DNA of 64,000 nucleotides from an uncultured Actinomycetota bacterium (GCA_963811585.1 CAWERR010000009.1:150282-214281), one strand, 5' to 3'. Shown: positions 1-8,873, counted from the first letter of the stretch. A program made the numbers and translations. Notes: generated from the sequence alone by a model not told the origin.

Positions 1-88
1 TCAGGGTGCCGTCGTCGGTGCGGAGCCAATCCCCATCGGGATCACGGTCTGCGGCAGCGGCCAGCAGTCCGGGAATGGTGTCCGGCAT
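1..88 (-). CDS. partial CDS, 5' end only (continues beyond left edge); N-terminus reminiscent of AMP-dependent synthetase/ligase
   Basis: Minus-strand ATG at 88..86. MPDTIPGLLAAAADRDPDGDWLRTDDGTL reads to the window edge without a stop. Only 29 aa are visible, so the family is a guess. Confidence 0.3.
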   Translation of the reverse strand, partial: MPDTIPGLLAAAADRDPDGDWLRTDDGTL

Positions 89-335
89 GTCTGCAGTCTG
101 GCCGAGCCGCGCGACCCCCGGCAATGCAGACGGCGTTGGTATCAGGCGGGGCCTCTCTTGCTCCTGAAACCCAAAGCCAAGGAGGCAGTCATGTTCCCAC
201 CGAAACTCGGTCCACTCCTCGTGGGCAGCCGCAAGGACGACCAGGAGCGGGTACGTCGGCGGACCAAAGCGCGGCGCGGCACGAAGCCGTCGCGGCACGC
301 TCAGCCGGCACCGCGTCAGCCTGAGTAGCCATCAC

Positions 336-605
336 TCAGGCTGCCGCGGTCTTGCGCGGCCGACCTCTCGGTCGCTTGCGGGCGACCACAACTCCCCCGA
401 TGAACAGCTCTCCGCCCCAGACGCCCCAAGGCTCTCGCCTCTCGCGTGCGCCGGCCAGGCAGAGTTCACGGACCGGGCACTCGAGGCACAGGCTTTTGGC
501 GAGCTCGAGCTGACCGGGGCTCTCGGCGAACCACAGCTCGCCGTCGTTCTCGCGGCAGGGCAGACCCTGCGCTGTTGTGGGCAGCCCGATCGCGTGTGCG
601 CTCAC
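336..605 (-). CDS. whiB7: WhiB7-type WhiB-family transcription factor (Fe-S cluster, EPW motif, C-terminal AT-hook)
   Basis: 89 aa with a GTG start. Four Cys (C...CLEC-x5-C), EPWGVWGGELF, and the C-terminal KRPRGRPRK AT-hook, matching the remembered mycobacterial WhiB7 C-terminus. Confidence 0.85.
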   Translation of the reverse strand: MSAHAIGLPTTAQGLPCRENDGELWFAESPGQLELAKSLCLECPVRELCLAGARERREPWGVWGGELFIGGVVVARKRPRGRPRKTAAA

Positions 606-778
606 GCCACCCGACCCACAACCGGTCGGGACGCGTGGGTGACGTTGCGGTGCTGCGACCGAGCACGGCGGTCAGCCCGGAGGCGTCGACGGAGGGCGGC
701 ACCTGCGAAGTAAGAGCGGGCGCGCTCGCGGTGGTAGGAGTTTTCGGCTGATGCGAAGTGTTCGAAGGTGTTCAACAT
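602..778 (-). CDS. 58-codon upstream ORF (leader peptide candidate) translationally coupled to whiB7
   Basis: Below the ORF-track length cutoff. ATG at 778..776 is preceded by AGGAG (revcomp of ctcct at 786..790). Translation is MLNTFEHFASAENSYHRERARSYFAGAALRRRLRADRRARSQHRNVTHASRPVVGRVA. Its TGA (604..602) overlaps the whiB7 GTG (605..603) as GTGA. Confidence 0.45.
   Translation of the reverse strand: MLNTFEHFASAENSYHRERARSYFAGAALRRRLRADRRARSQHRNVTHASRPVVGRVA
610..630 (-). promoter_or_regulatory. 7-bp GC-rich hairpin immediately upstream of the whiB7 start, inside the uORF 3' end
   Basis: cccgacc-cacaacc-ggtcggg. It lies 5-25 nt upstream of the whiB7 GTG and could mask the initiation region unless the uORF is translated. 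Confidence 0.35.
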
Positions 779-948
779 CTCTGGCTCCTGATTGGCTTGA
801 CTCGATGACTTGAGCCTGCCGACCTAAGGTGCCGCTACACATGAGGACAATGCCTTATCTCGCCACGACTACGACCTCAGATGCCTTAGACCCAGGCGTA
901 GGACCGCGATCCACCGCATCGTGAGTCATGACGCTCGCGTCCAGCCCA

Positions 949-1668
949 TCACGTCGGCTCGACGAAGGTGGCCGTCTCGACCAGGCCGGAGAACAACTGG
1001 ACTCTCTTGCCCTCCCCAGTGCCGAAGACGAGGGCGCTGAGTATCAACAGCGATCCGTCGACGTCGAGGATCCAGTACCGGTCGACCACCGGCTCGCCGA
1101 GATCCCGGCCGAGGTCGTCGCCCGATTTCCAGATGTGCAGGGTGTCCTCGACGCACGTCTTGTAGTCGAGGTCGGCCGGTGTAGTCAGCTTGAGGTAGAG
1201 CCCGTCGTACCCGCCGACCGACACCGGGACAGGCTTGCTCGTGGTCGTCAGCTTCTGCGCTGCCAGCGCGGCAGCGACGTCCTCGGCGGTTGCGCCGACA
1301 GTGGAAGTTGTGCCGGAGGCCGAGCATGGCTCCTCGTAGACACCGTCGACTGCGTGGTACCCGATAACCCCACGGTTGTTCCAGATGAAGGGACCACCGC
1401 CGTCGAAGTTCTCCGGGACGTCGATGACGGCAAGGGGCGCTTCATTTCCCCCGGCGGCGGCGACCGCCCATCGGCCAGCCAGTATTCTCCGCCCGACGTC
1501 CCAGTTAGGGAGTACTTCGTAGTCGGGCTGTGCTGTGCTCCTGGTGGGCGTCTCGCCGTTCCCTGCCGGGTCGGTCCCTGTCTGGCCGTCGCTGGTGCAG
1601 GAGGCAAGCAGGACCACCGCGGCGGCAAGCGTTGCCGGGAGGGCGCGAGCCGTGATGATTCGGTTCAT
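949..1668 (-). CDS. putative secreted lipoprotein, unknown function
   Basis: Internal start MNRIITARALPATLAAAVVLLASC carries a signal peptide plus lipobox (LLAS-C). The longer 286-aa ORF upstream of it looks non-coding. Confidence 0.6.
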   Translation of the reverse strand: MNRIITARALPATLAAAVVLLASCTSDGQTGTDPAGNGETPTRSTAQPDYEVLPNWDVGRRILAGRWAVAAAGGNEAPLAVIDVPENFDGGGPFIWNNRGVIGYHAVDGVYEEPCSASGTTSTVGATAEDVAAALAAQKLTTTSKPVPVSVGGYDGLYLKLTTPADLDYKTCVEDTLHIWKSGDDLGRDLGEPVVDRYWILDVDGSLLILSALVFGTGEGKRVQLFSGLVETATFVEPT

Positions 1669-1723
1669 GATGATCTCCTTCGCGGCCGCCGCATGCGACC
1701 TTGTGATCCAGTGGCGCGCCGTC

Positions 1724-1767
1724 GGGTATCGGTGGCCCTCCGGCGCGGGTATCAGCCGGGTATCAGC
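1724..1767 (+). promoter_or_regulatory. three phased GGGTATC direct repeats (two perfect tandem 11-mers CGGGTATCAGC) in a divergent promoter region
   Basis: GGGTATC at 1724, 1747 and 1758 (spacings 23 and 11 nt). TTGACG follows at 1771-1776, GACAGT at 1796-1801, and the ATG of the SARP gene at 1808. Confidence 0.4.
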
Positions 1768-1807
1768 CCTGTTGACGCCCCCGCACGAGGGCGCGGACAG
1801 TGGAGCC

Positions 1808-4800
1808 ATGGGTATCGCCGTGCTCGGCCCGATCCGGGTCGACGGTCAGGTCAACGGGCTGAGCCCGAGGGACCGAGTGGTCTTGTCAGCGCTGGTCGTG
1901 AGAGCCGGCGAGCCGACCAGCACCGAGGCGCTGGCGGACGCGCTGTGGGGGGAGGAGCAGCCCGCCTCGTGGGCGAAGGTCGTTCATGGCTGCGTCGTAC
2001 GGCTGCGCAAGCGGCTGGGTGCGGCGGCCATCGAGTCGGGATCGTCGGGTTACCGCCTCACCTTGAGCGACGAAGAGCTGGACCATCGCCTGTTCGAGCG
2101 GCTGCTCGAGCGCGGGCGTGAGGCGCTTTCGGGTGGCGATCCGGAGCGGTCGTCATACCTGGTTCAGGAAGCCCTGGATCTGTGGCGCGGGCGGGTGCTG
2201 GTGGACCTGGAGGAGTGGGAGCCGGGGCGGGTCGAGGCCGAACGGCTCGAGGGTCTGCGGATGGATGCCGAGGAGCTGCGCGTGGAGGCCGAGACGCGCG
2301 CCGGGCACGCGCAGGCCGTGCTGGAGGAGGCACGAACGCTGGTCGCGAAGGCGCCGTTCCGGGAGCGGCGTTGGGCGTTGCTCGCCAGGGCACTGCACCA
2401 GGCGGGCCGCCAGGCGGAGGCCTTGGGCGCGCTCAAACGGGCTCGCGCGATGCTGGTCGACGAGCTCGGCCTGGATCCGGGCCGTGAGCTCGTGGAGCTC
2501 GAGCAGCTGTTGTTGCGGCAGGACCCTTCGTTGGCTCCGCCAGGGGAGAGGGAGGTCAGTGCTGACTGCCCCTATCGCGGGCTCCTGCCGTACGACGCTG
2601 CGGATGCCGACTCGTTCTTCGGTCGCGATGACGACGTCGGGGCGTGCCTGAGGCGGCTCAGGGACTCGGGTGTCCTGACGGTCATCGGGCCCTCGGGTAT
2701 CGGAAAGTCCTCACTGGTCCGGGCCGGTGTGATGGCAGCTCTCGTCCGCAGTGGGACGCCGGTACTGGTCACCACACCGGGGGCGCATCCGATGGACTCG
2801 ATCACCGGGTTGAAGGCCCGCGGCCGACAGACTCTTGTGGTCGACCAGGCCGAGGAGGCGGTCACGGTCTGCTCAGACTCCGCCGAACGGGAGCGGTACT
2901 TCGCGGCGCTGGCAGCCCATGTCGGCGCAGGCGGAGTGCTGATTCTCTCGCTGCGGGCGGACCACCTTGGCGACCTGGCGCCGTACCCGGATATCGCGCG
3001 CGTCCTCGAGGACGGCCTGTATCTGCTTGGTCCCATGAGCGAGCCGGACCTGCGCAGCGCGATCGAGGGCCCCGCCCGTCGAGCCGGCCTGCGGCTCGAG
3101 CCGGGCCTCGTCGACCTCCTGATCCGCGAGGTCGAGGGTGAGCCGGCTGCGCTGCCGATGCTCTCGCACGTGCTGCGCGAAACCTGGGAACGTCGCGAAG
3201 GCCCGACGCTGACCGTCGACGGATACCGCGCCACGGGGGGCATCCGATACGCCGTCTCCCAGTCGGCGGAGCTCCTGTACGACGCGATGGACGATTCCGA
3301 ACGCAGCCGGCTCCGTAGCCTGCTGCTCCGGCTGGTGATGCCCACCGAGGACGGCGACCCGGTGCGCGCCAGGGTGCCGCGCGCCAAGGTCGCCGCCGAC
3401 GACGCACACCAGCGACTCGTCGAGCAACTGGTGGAGGCTCGCCTGGTCAGCATCGACGGCGACACGGTCCAGATTGCCCACGAGGCGCTGGTACGGGTGT
3501 GGCCACGGTTGCGTGGCTGGCTCGACGACGACGTCGACGGTCAACGACTCTTCCGACATCTCGCCGGTGCAGCCGACGCCTGGGACGCCATGGGTCGACC
3601 GGACAGCGAGCTCTACCGCGGGACGAGGCTCGGCCGCACCCTGGAGTGGCGAGCACGCGCCGCCCCTGACTTGAACGCCACCGAGGACGCGTTCGTCGCT
3701 GCGTCCGTTGCCCTCTCGGAAGCCGAACTGCGCACCGCGGAGACCCGGATCGCCCGCGAACGCTCGGTCAACCGTCGACTGCGAAGCGCCTTGGCCGGAG
3801 TCGGCGTCCTGCTCGTGATCGCGCTGGTCGCAGGTGTCATCGCCGTACAGACGGCCGACCGCGCACAACGCGACCGGGACCGCGCCGAGCTTGCGTCCGT
3901 CCAGGCTGAGCGGGCGTCAGCGCGGGCCGAAGCAGCGGCGGACTTGGCGGACGCCAGGCGCGCCAGCGCCCAGGCACCCTTGCACGAGGACGTCACGACC
4001 GGGCTGCTACTCGCTGTCGCTGCACTCAACATTGACGCCACCCCGCAGGCCCGCGAGAACCTCGGCGCAGCCCTGACCCGCGCAGGGCCTTTGTCCGGGG
4101 TGCGTGACATCGGCGAGATGGCTGGGGCACCCGGCACGGCCTGGCTCGCATCGATGGCGGCGAGCTCGGACGGTGCCTGGGTAGCCGCTAGCTGGCCCAA
4201 CGGGCAAGGGGTGCTGCTCTTCGACGCCTCCACGCTGGCGCCCGTCGAGTTCGAGGACGGCACCTCCAGCCTTGCGGTCGCCTTCTCGCCGGACGGCAAG
4301 CAGCTGGCGGTCGCCCACAACCAATGGGTTCCGGAGGGCCGGCCGAGAGTCGACCTGCCCATCCGGCTGTACGACTTGCCGGGAGGCGCGCGGTCCGAAA
4401 GTCAGCTCGGCGGCCTGCCGCCGGACAGTACGGTCGAGTATTCCCTCGACTTCAGCCGGGACGGCAAGCGGATTGCGGCGGCCGTCCGGCAGTGGGACAG
4501 GTCGAGATTGGAGTGGAACCCTCGAGGACGGGCCGCGGTCTGGGACCTGGCCAACCCATCGCAGCCCTTGTTTAGTGAGCGCGTGCCGGACTTCGCAACT
4601 ACGGCCCTGAGTCCGAACGGTCGACTCCTCTACGTCCTGGTCCCGGGTGGCCGGCCACTGCGTGTCTACGACGTCGACTCTGGCCGCCTGATCCGTTCCA
4701 TCGACAACGCACCCCTCAAGGCCGCCGGAACGCAGGTGTCCGCGGAGATCGCTGGCGATCGGCCGGCGAACCTCCTCGACGTCAGCCCGGACGGCGCGAC

Positions 4801-6109
4801 GCTCGCCGTCGCGACCGGGAACCAGGTCCTGCGGTTCGACGCGGTGACCCTGGAGGTCCGCAGCCCAGCGCTGCGCGCCCACACGGCTGACGTCAGTGAG
4901 GTCGGCTTCTCCCACAACGGGCGACTCCTGGTCTCTGCTTCTGACGACGGGACCGCGATCGTCTGGGATGCCGCCTCGGGTGGCCTGCTTCATCGATTCG
5001 TCGGGCGCGGTGGTCTCCGCAATGCTGCGTTCAGCGCCGACGACCGGACCGTGTACACGACGGGGGGCGACGGGGCGATCTTGGCCTGGGACGTACGAGG
5101 GGCCAGCCGGCTACTCACTCTGGGGGAGGACACCAGTGGGATGGAGGAGCAGGACTACCTGGTGTCGCTGCCGGCGCCGGACGGCCACACAATCGCCCGG
5201 GTGGAATCGGGCAGATTGTGGTTCGAGGACGCCAGGACCGGCCGCAGAACCACGCGCCCGGTCCCCACCGGCGACACGAACTTCATCTGGTCGCCTGACG
5301 CGCGCTGGCTCTTGTCGAGCGGCGGCGACGAGTACCTGAAACTGTGGAACGCAGCGTCTGGCGCCCTCGCCGCCAAGAAGTTCGGCTACGGGCCGAGCGA
5401 AGTGCTGGCAGCCTTCAGCCCGGAGAGCGACAAGGTGTACGTGCGGGGCTCGGACTCGAGTCTGCGGACGTTGGACAGGGCGTCCCTAACACCGATGTAC
5501 GACGACGTCGAACTGGGCAGCCAGCCGACCGCCATCGTGCCCCACCCGGACGGCTCTGTCATCGCCCTCATGCACGAGGGCCAATTCCTTCGCGTGCAGC
5601 CCGAGACTGCGGAGATCCTCGAAAGCGAGCCGCCGGGACTGCTGTCGCCTTCGGACCAGCTAGGCGCCTTGTCTCCGGACGGGTCGCTGATGGCCACGTC
5701 GGACGTGAACTACAACGTGGGACTGCTCGATCTGGAGAGCCATGAATGGATCGGCCCGGACTCGCAAACGCGGACGGGTGACCTCACGTACGCCCCCGAC
5801 GGCAGCCAGTTCGCCACGCTCCAGCGGGAGCGAATCCGGCTCTGGGACGGTCGCACAGGCGAGTACCAGGCCAGCCTTCCCCTCCCCAGCCGGACCGCAC
5901 ACCTGTCGATCTCATACTTGCCCAACAGCAAGGGTCTCCTCCTCGCAGCCACTGACGGGCGCACGTGGGTTGTGGATACCCGCACGAACAGATGGGTGCA
6001 ACGCGCCTGCACATCAGCCGGCCGCAACCTCACGCAGGAGGAATGGAAAGAGTTCTTCCCCAACCGGCCGTACGACGTCACCTGCCCACAGTGGCCGGCC
6101 GGGACATGA
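1808..6109 (+). CDS. SARP (OmpR-type wHTH + BTAD) fused to a STAND P-loop NTPase, a hydrophobic helix and about 12-14 WD40 blades
   Basis: ATG at 1808 (MGIAVLGPIRVDG). SARP/BTAD signature through ...LGLDPGRELVELEQLLLRQD. Then CPYRGLLPYDAADADSFFGRDDDV and Walker A VIGPSGIGKSSLVRAG, followed by the helix LAGVGVLLVIALVAGVIAV. Repeated xFSPDGxxLA...WD blades run to the C-terminus. Confidence 0.85.
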   Translation: MGIAVLGPIRVDGQVNGLSPRDRVVLSALVVRAGEPTSTEALADALWGEEQPASWAKVVHGCVVRLRKRLGAAAIESGSSGYRLTLSDEELDHRLFERLLERGREALSGGDPERSSYLVQEALDLWRGRVLVDLEEWEPGRVEAERLEGLRMDAEELRVEAETRAGHAQAVLEEARTLVAKAPFRERRWALLARALHQAGRQAEALGALKRARAMLVDELGLDPGRELVELEQLLLRQDPSLAPPGEREVSADCPYRGLLPYDAADADSFFGRDDDVGACLRRLRDSGVLTVIGPSGIGKSSLVRAGVMAALVRSGTPVLVTTPGAHPMDSITGLKARGRQTLVVDQAEEAVTVCSDSAERERYFAALAAHVGAGGVLILSLRADHLGDLAPYPDIARVLEDGLYLLGPMSEPDLRSAIEGPARRAGLRLEPGLVDLLIREVEGEPAALPMLSHVLRETWERREGPTLTVDGYRATGGIRYAVSQSAELLYDAMDDSERSRLRSLLLRLVMPTEDGDPVRARVPRAKVAADDAHQRLVEQLVEARLVSIDGDTVQIAHEALVRVWPRLRGWLDDDVDGQRLFRHLAGAADAWDAMGRPDSELYRGTRLGRTLEWRARAAPDLNATEDAFVAASVALSEAELRTAETRIARERSVNRRLRSALAGVGVLLVIALVAGVIAVQTADRAQRDRDRAELASVQAERASARAEAAADLADARRASAQAPLHEDVTTGLLLAVAALNIDATPQARENLGAALTRAGPLSGVRDIGEMAGAPGTAWLASMAASSDGAWVAASWPNGQGVLLFDASTLAPVEFEDGTSSLAVAFSPDGKQLAVAHNQWVPEGRPRVDLPIRLYDLPGGARSESQLGGLPPDSTVEYSLDFSRDGKRIAAAVRQWDRSRLEWNPRGRAAVWDLANPSQPLFSERVPDFATTALSPNGRLLYVLVPGGRPLRVYDVDSGRLIRSIDNAPLKAAGTQVSAEIAGDRPANLLDVSPDGATLAVATGNQVLRFDAVTLEVRSPALRAHTADVSEVGFSHNGRLLVSASDDGTAIVWDAASGGLLHRFVGRGGLRNAAFSADDRTVYTTGGDGAILAWDVRGASRLLTLGEDTSGMEEQDYLVSLPAPDGHTIARVESGRLWFEDARTGRRTTRPVPTGDTNFIWSPDARWLLSSGGDEYLKLWNAASGALAAKKFGYGPSEVLAAFSPESDKVYVRGSDSSLRTLDRASLTPMYDDVELGSQPTAIVPHPDGSVIALMHEGQFLRVQPETAEILESEPPGLLSPSDQLGALSPDGSLMATSDVNYNVGLLDLESHEWIGPDSQTRTGDLTYAPDGSQFATLQRERIRLWDGRTGEYQASLPLPSRTAHLSISYLPNSKGLLLAATDGRTWVVDTRTNRWVQRACTSAGRNLTQEEWKEFFPNRPYDVTCPQWPAGT

Positions 6110-8859
6110 TGCCAAGCCCCCTGCTCGAGACGAAGTTCTATCTCCCGAGGTCGCGGCGTGGGCTGGTGTCGCGTTCGCGACTGATCGGGCGGCTTGACCG
6201 CGGGACCGAGTCGAAGTTGTTGCTCGTTTCCGCACCGGCCGGTTTCGGCAAGACGACTCTGCTCGCAGAGTGGCTCGCTGGGGAACCGACGAACCTCGGC
6301 GGTGAGTGGTCCGTCGCGTGGCTGTCGCTCGATCGGGGCGACAACGACTCCACCACGTTCTGGACCTACGTGATCGCTGCGCTGCGGACGGCGGCGCCCG
6401 GCGTCGGCGCGCAAGAGCTCGCACTTCTGCAGGAGCCTCAGCCGCCTCCGATCCAGCTGGTGCTTACCACGCTTCTCAACGACCTCGGCGCGTTGCCGAG
6501 CGACATCGTGCTGGTGCTCGACGACTACCACCTCGTCGACGCGCGCGAGGTGCAGGAGGCGATGGCTTTCCTGCTCGACCATGCACCTCCGCGGCTGCAC
6601 TTGGTGGTCGCCAGCCGCGCAGATCCCGCGTTGCCGCTGGCCCGGCTGCGGGCCCGCGGTGAGCTCGTCGAGATACGGGCTGCCGACCTGCGCTTCACGA
6701 CCGACGAGGCCGCGGCGTACCTCAACGAGATGATGGGCCTGCAGCTGGCGGCACCGGATGTGGCCGCGCTCGAAGGCCGCACCGAAGGGTGGATCGCCGC
6801 GCTTCAGCTGGCCGCGCTCTCCATGCAAGGCCGCGACGACGTCGCCGGCTTCATTGCCGGTTTCGCGGGCGACGACCGGTACGTCGTCGACTACCTGGTC
6901 GAGGAAGTCGTGCAGCGTCAGCCCGAGCAGGTGCAGACCTTCCTGCTGCAGACCGCCATCCTTGGCCGGCTGAGCGGTCCACTTTGTGAGGCCGTCACCG
7001 GCCAGGCTGACGCCAAAGCCATGCTCGAGGCGCTAGACCGGGGGAACTTGTTCCTGGTCCCGCTCGACGACCGCCGCCGGTGGTACCGCTACCACCAGCT
7101 CTTCGCAGATGTGCTGCATGCACGCCTGCAGGACGAGCAGCCCGAGCAGGTCCGGGAGCTGCACGGTCGCGCAAGCGTTTGGTATGACGAGAACGGCGAG
7201 CAGTCCGCAGCCATCCGGCACGCGCTGGCCGCCGAGGACTTCGAGCGAGCGGCCGACCTGGTGGAGCTGGCGATGCCGGCGACGCGGAGGAACAGGCAGG
7301 AGGCGACGCTGCGTGGCTGGCTCGAGATGCTGCCCGACGAAGTAGTCCGCGTGCGGCCCGTGCTGAGCATCACCTTCGTCGGCGCCTTGCTGTCCACGGG
7401 CGAAATCGCAGGCGTCGAGGCGCACCTTCAGGATGCGGAGCGTTGGCTGGACGAAACAGGCAACTTGCCCGTGGGGCCGACAGATTCGCCGACCGAGATG
7501 GTCGTCGTGGACGACATGGAGTTTCGCCGTCTTCCCGGTTCGGTCGCCGTTTATCGTGCCGCACTGGCTTTGCTGCTGGGCGATGCTGCCGCAACACTGA
7601 CCCACGCCCAGCGGGCTCTCGATCTTCTTCAGGCAGACGATCATCTCGGGCATGGAGCGGCCGCGGCACTGATCGGACTCGCGTCCTGGGGAAGCGGGGA
7701 TCTGGCAACAGCGCACGACGCGTATGCCGATTGCATAGCGAGCATGCGCCGAGCCGGACACCTATCCGACGTACTCGCATGCTCGATCACGCTCGCGGAC
7801 CTCCGGATCACCCAGGGCCGTCTCCGCGACGCGATGCGCGCCTACGAGCAGGCGTTGGAGCTCAACCCCGAGCAGGGCCAGCCAGTTCTCCGAGGAACAT
7901 CCGACATGTACGTCGGGATGAGTGCGCTCCACCGGGAGCGAAACGAGTTGGATGTCGCCAGAGAGTTACTGCTGCGAGTCGAGGAACTGGGCGAGCACAT
8001 CGGGATGCCGCAGAACCGTTATCGCTGGCGGGTCGCGATGGCTCGGATACGGGAGGCTGAAGGAGATTTCGGTGGCGCGGTCGACCTGCTCGACGAGGCG
8101 GAGCGAGCGTATGTAGGTGACTTCTCGCCCAACGTGCATCCGGTTCCAGCAGTGAGGGCACGTACGTGGATCGCGCAGGGAAGGGTTGATGACGCGCTCG
8201 GCTGGGCCCGTGAGCAGGGTCTGTCCATGGACGACGAGCTCAGCTACCTGCGCGAGTTCGCGCACGTCACCCTGGCGAGGGCGGTGTTGGCCCACGATGA
8301 GGGCAAACGCGCAGCGGCCGCCTCTGACGACGCGATTTCATTCTTGGAGCGACTCCTCGACGCAGCAGAGCATGGGGACAGGACGGGAAGCGTCATCGAG
8401 ATCCTGCTGCTGCAGGCGCTAGCGCATCACAGGCGAGGCGACATCCCGGCTGCGCTCGAGCCATTGGAACGCGCCTTGACGCTGGCCGAGCCGGAAGGCT
8501 ACGTCCGGATCGTTATTGACGAGGGCACACGCATGGCGATCCTGTTGAGAGCTGCCGCGGACCAGGGGATCGCCCCGAGCTATGTTCGTCGACTCTTGGT
8601 GGCGTTTGGCGAGGCTGATGACAGCCCGAGCACCAAGCAGGATCTGGTCGATCCACTGAGCGAACGCGAGCTTGACGTCCTCCGGCTTCTCGGGACCGAC
8701 CTGGGCGGCCCGGAGATCGCCCGCCAGCTCGTGCTGTCGTTGAACACCGTCCGAACTCACACCAAGAACATCTACGCCAAGCTCGGCGTGAACAACCGTC
8801 GCGAAGCGGTCCGCAGGGCCGGCGAGCTGGACCTGTTGTCGCGAACCCGCAACCGATAG
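6106..8859 (+). CDS. MalT/LAL-family LuxR transcriptional regulator (AAA/STAND ATPase + TPR-like region + C-terminal LuxR HTH)
   Basis: ATG at 6106 overlaps the upstream TGA (ATGA). Walker A LLVSAPAGFGKTTLLAEW. C-terminal LSERELDVLRLLGTDLGGPEIARQLVLSLNTVRTHTKNIYAKLGV. Confidence 0.85.
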   Translation: MMPSPLLETKFYLPRSRRGLVSRSRLIGRLDRGTESKLLLVSAPAGFGKTTLLAEWLAGEPTNLGGEWSVAWLSLDRGDNDSTTFWTYVIAALRTAAPGVGAQELALLQEPQPPPIQLVLTTLLNDLGALPSDIVLVLDDYHLVDAREVQEAMAFLLDHAPPRLHLVVASRADPALPLARLRARGELVEIRAADLRFTTDEAAAYLNEMMGLQLAAPDVAALEGRTEGWIAALQLAALSMQGRDDVAGFIAGFAGDDRYVVDYLVEEVVQRQPEQVQTFLLQTAILGRLSGPLCEAVTGQADAKAMLEALDRGNLFLVPLDDRRRWYRYHQLFADVLHARLQDEQPEQVRELHGRASVWYDENGEQSAAIRHALAAEDFERAADLVELAMPATRRNRQEATLRGWLEMLPDEVVRVRPVLSITFVGALLSTGEIAGVEAHLQDAERWLDETGNLPVGPTDSPTEMVVVDDMEFRRLPGSVAVYRAALALLLGDAAATLTHAQRALDLLQADDHLGHGAAAALIGLASWGSGDLATAHDAYADCIASMRRAGHLSDVLACSITLADLRITQGRLRDAMRAYEQALELNPEQGQPVLRGTSDMYVGMSALHRERNELDVARELLLRVEELGEHIGMPQNRYRWRVAMARIREAEGDFGGAVDLLDEAERAYVGDFSPNVHPVPAVRARTWIAQGRVDDALGWAREQGLSMDDELSYLREFAHVTLARAVLAHDEGKRAAAASDDAISFLERLLDAAEHGDRTGSVIEILLLQALAHHRRGDIPAALEPLERALTLAEPEGYVRIVIDEGTRMAILLRAAADQGIAPSYVRRLLVAFGEADDSPSTKQDLVDPLSERELDVLRLLGTDLGGPEIARQLVLSLNTVRTHTKNIYAKLGVNNRREAVRRAGELDLLSRTRNR

Positions 8860-8873
8860 CCGTCAGTCAGCCC

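Noticed and set aside
124-324. 66-aa plus-strand ORF between the edge CDS and whiB7
   Set aside because: It has no RBS and a Gly/Ser/Ala/Arg-rich low-complexity translation, and it lies in the 3' flank of two minus-strand genes.
928-2121. 397-aa plus-strand ORF, together with the N-terminal extensions of ORFs 949..1809(-) and 1535..6109(+)
   Set aside because: It is Arg/Gly/Pro-rich and antisense to, or overlapping, the lipoprotein gene, which is typical of high-GC shadow ORFs. The real starts (MNRIITA... at 1668; MGIAVLG... at 1808) give sensible N-termini and leave a 139-nt divergent promoter region.
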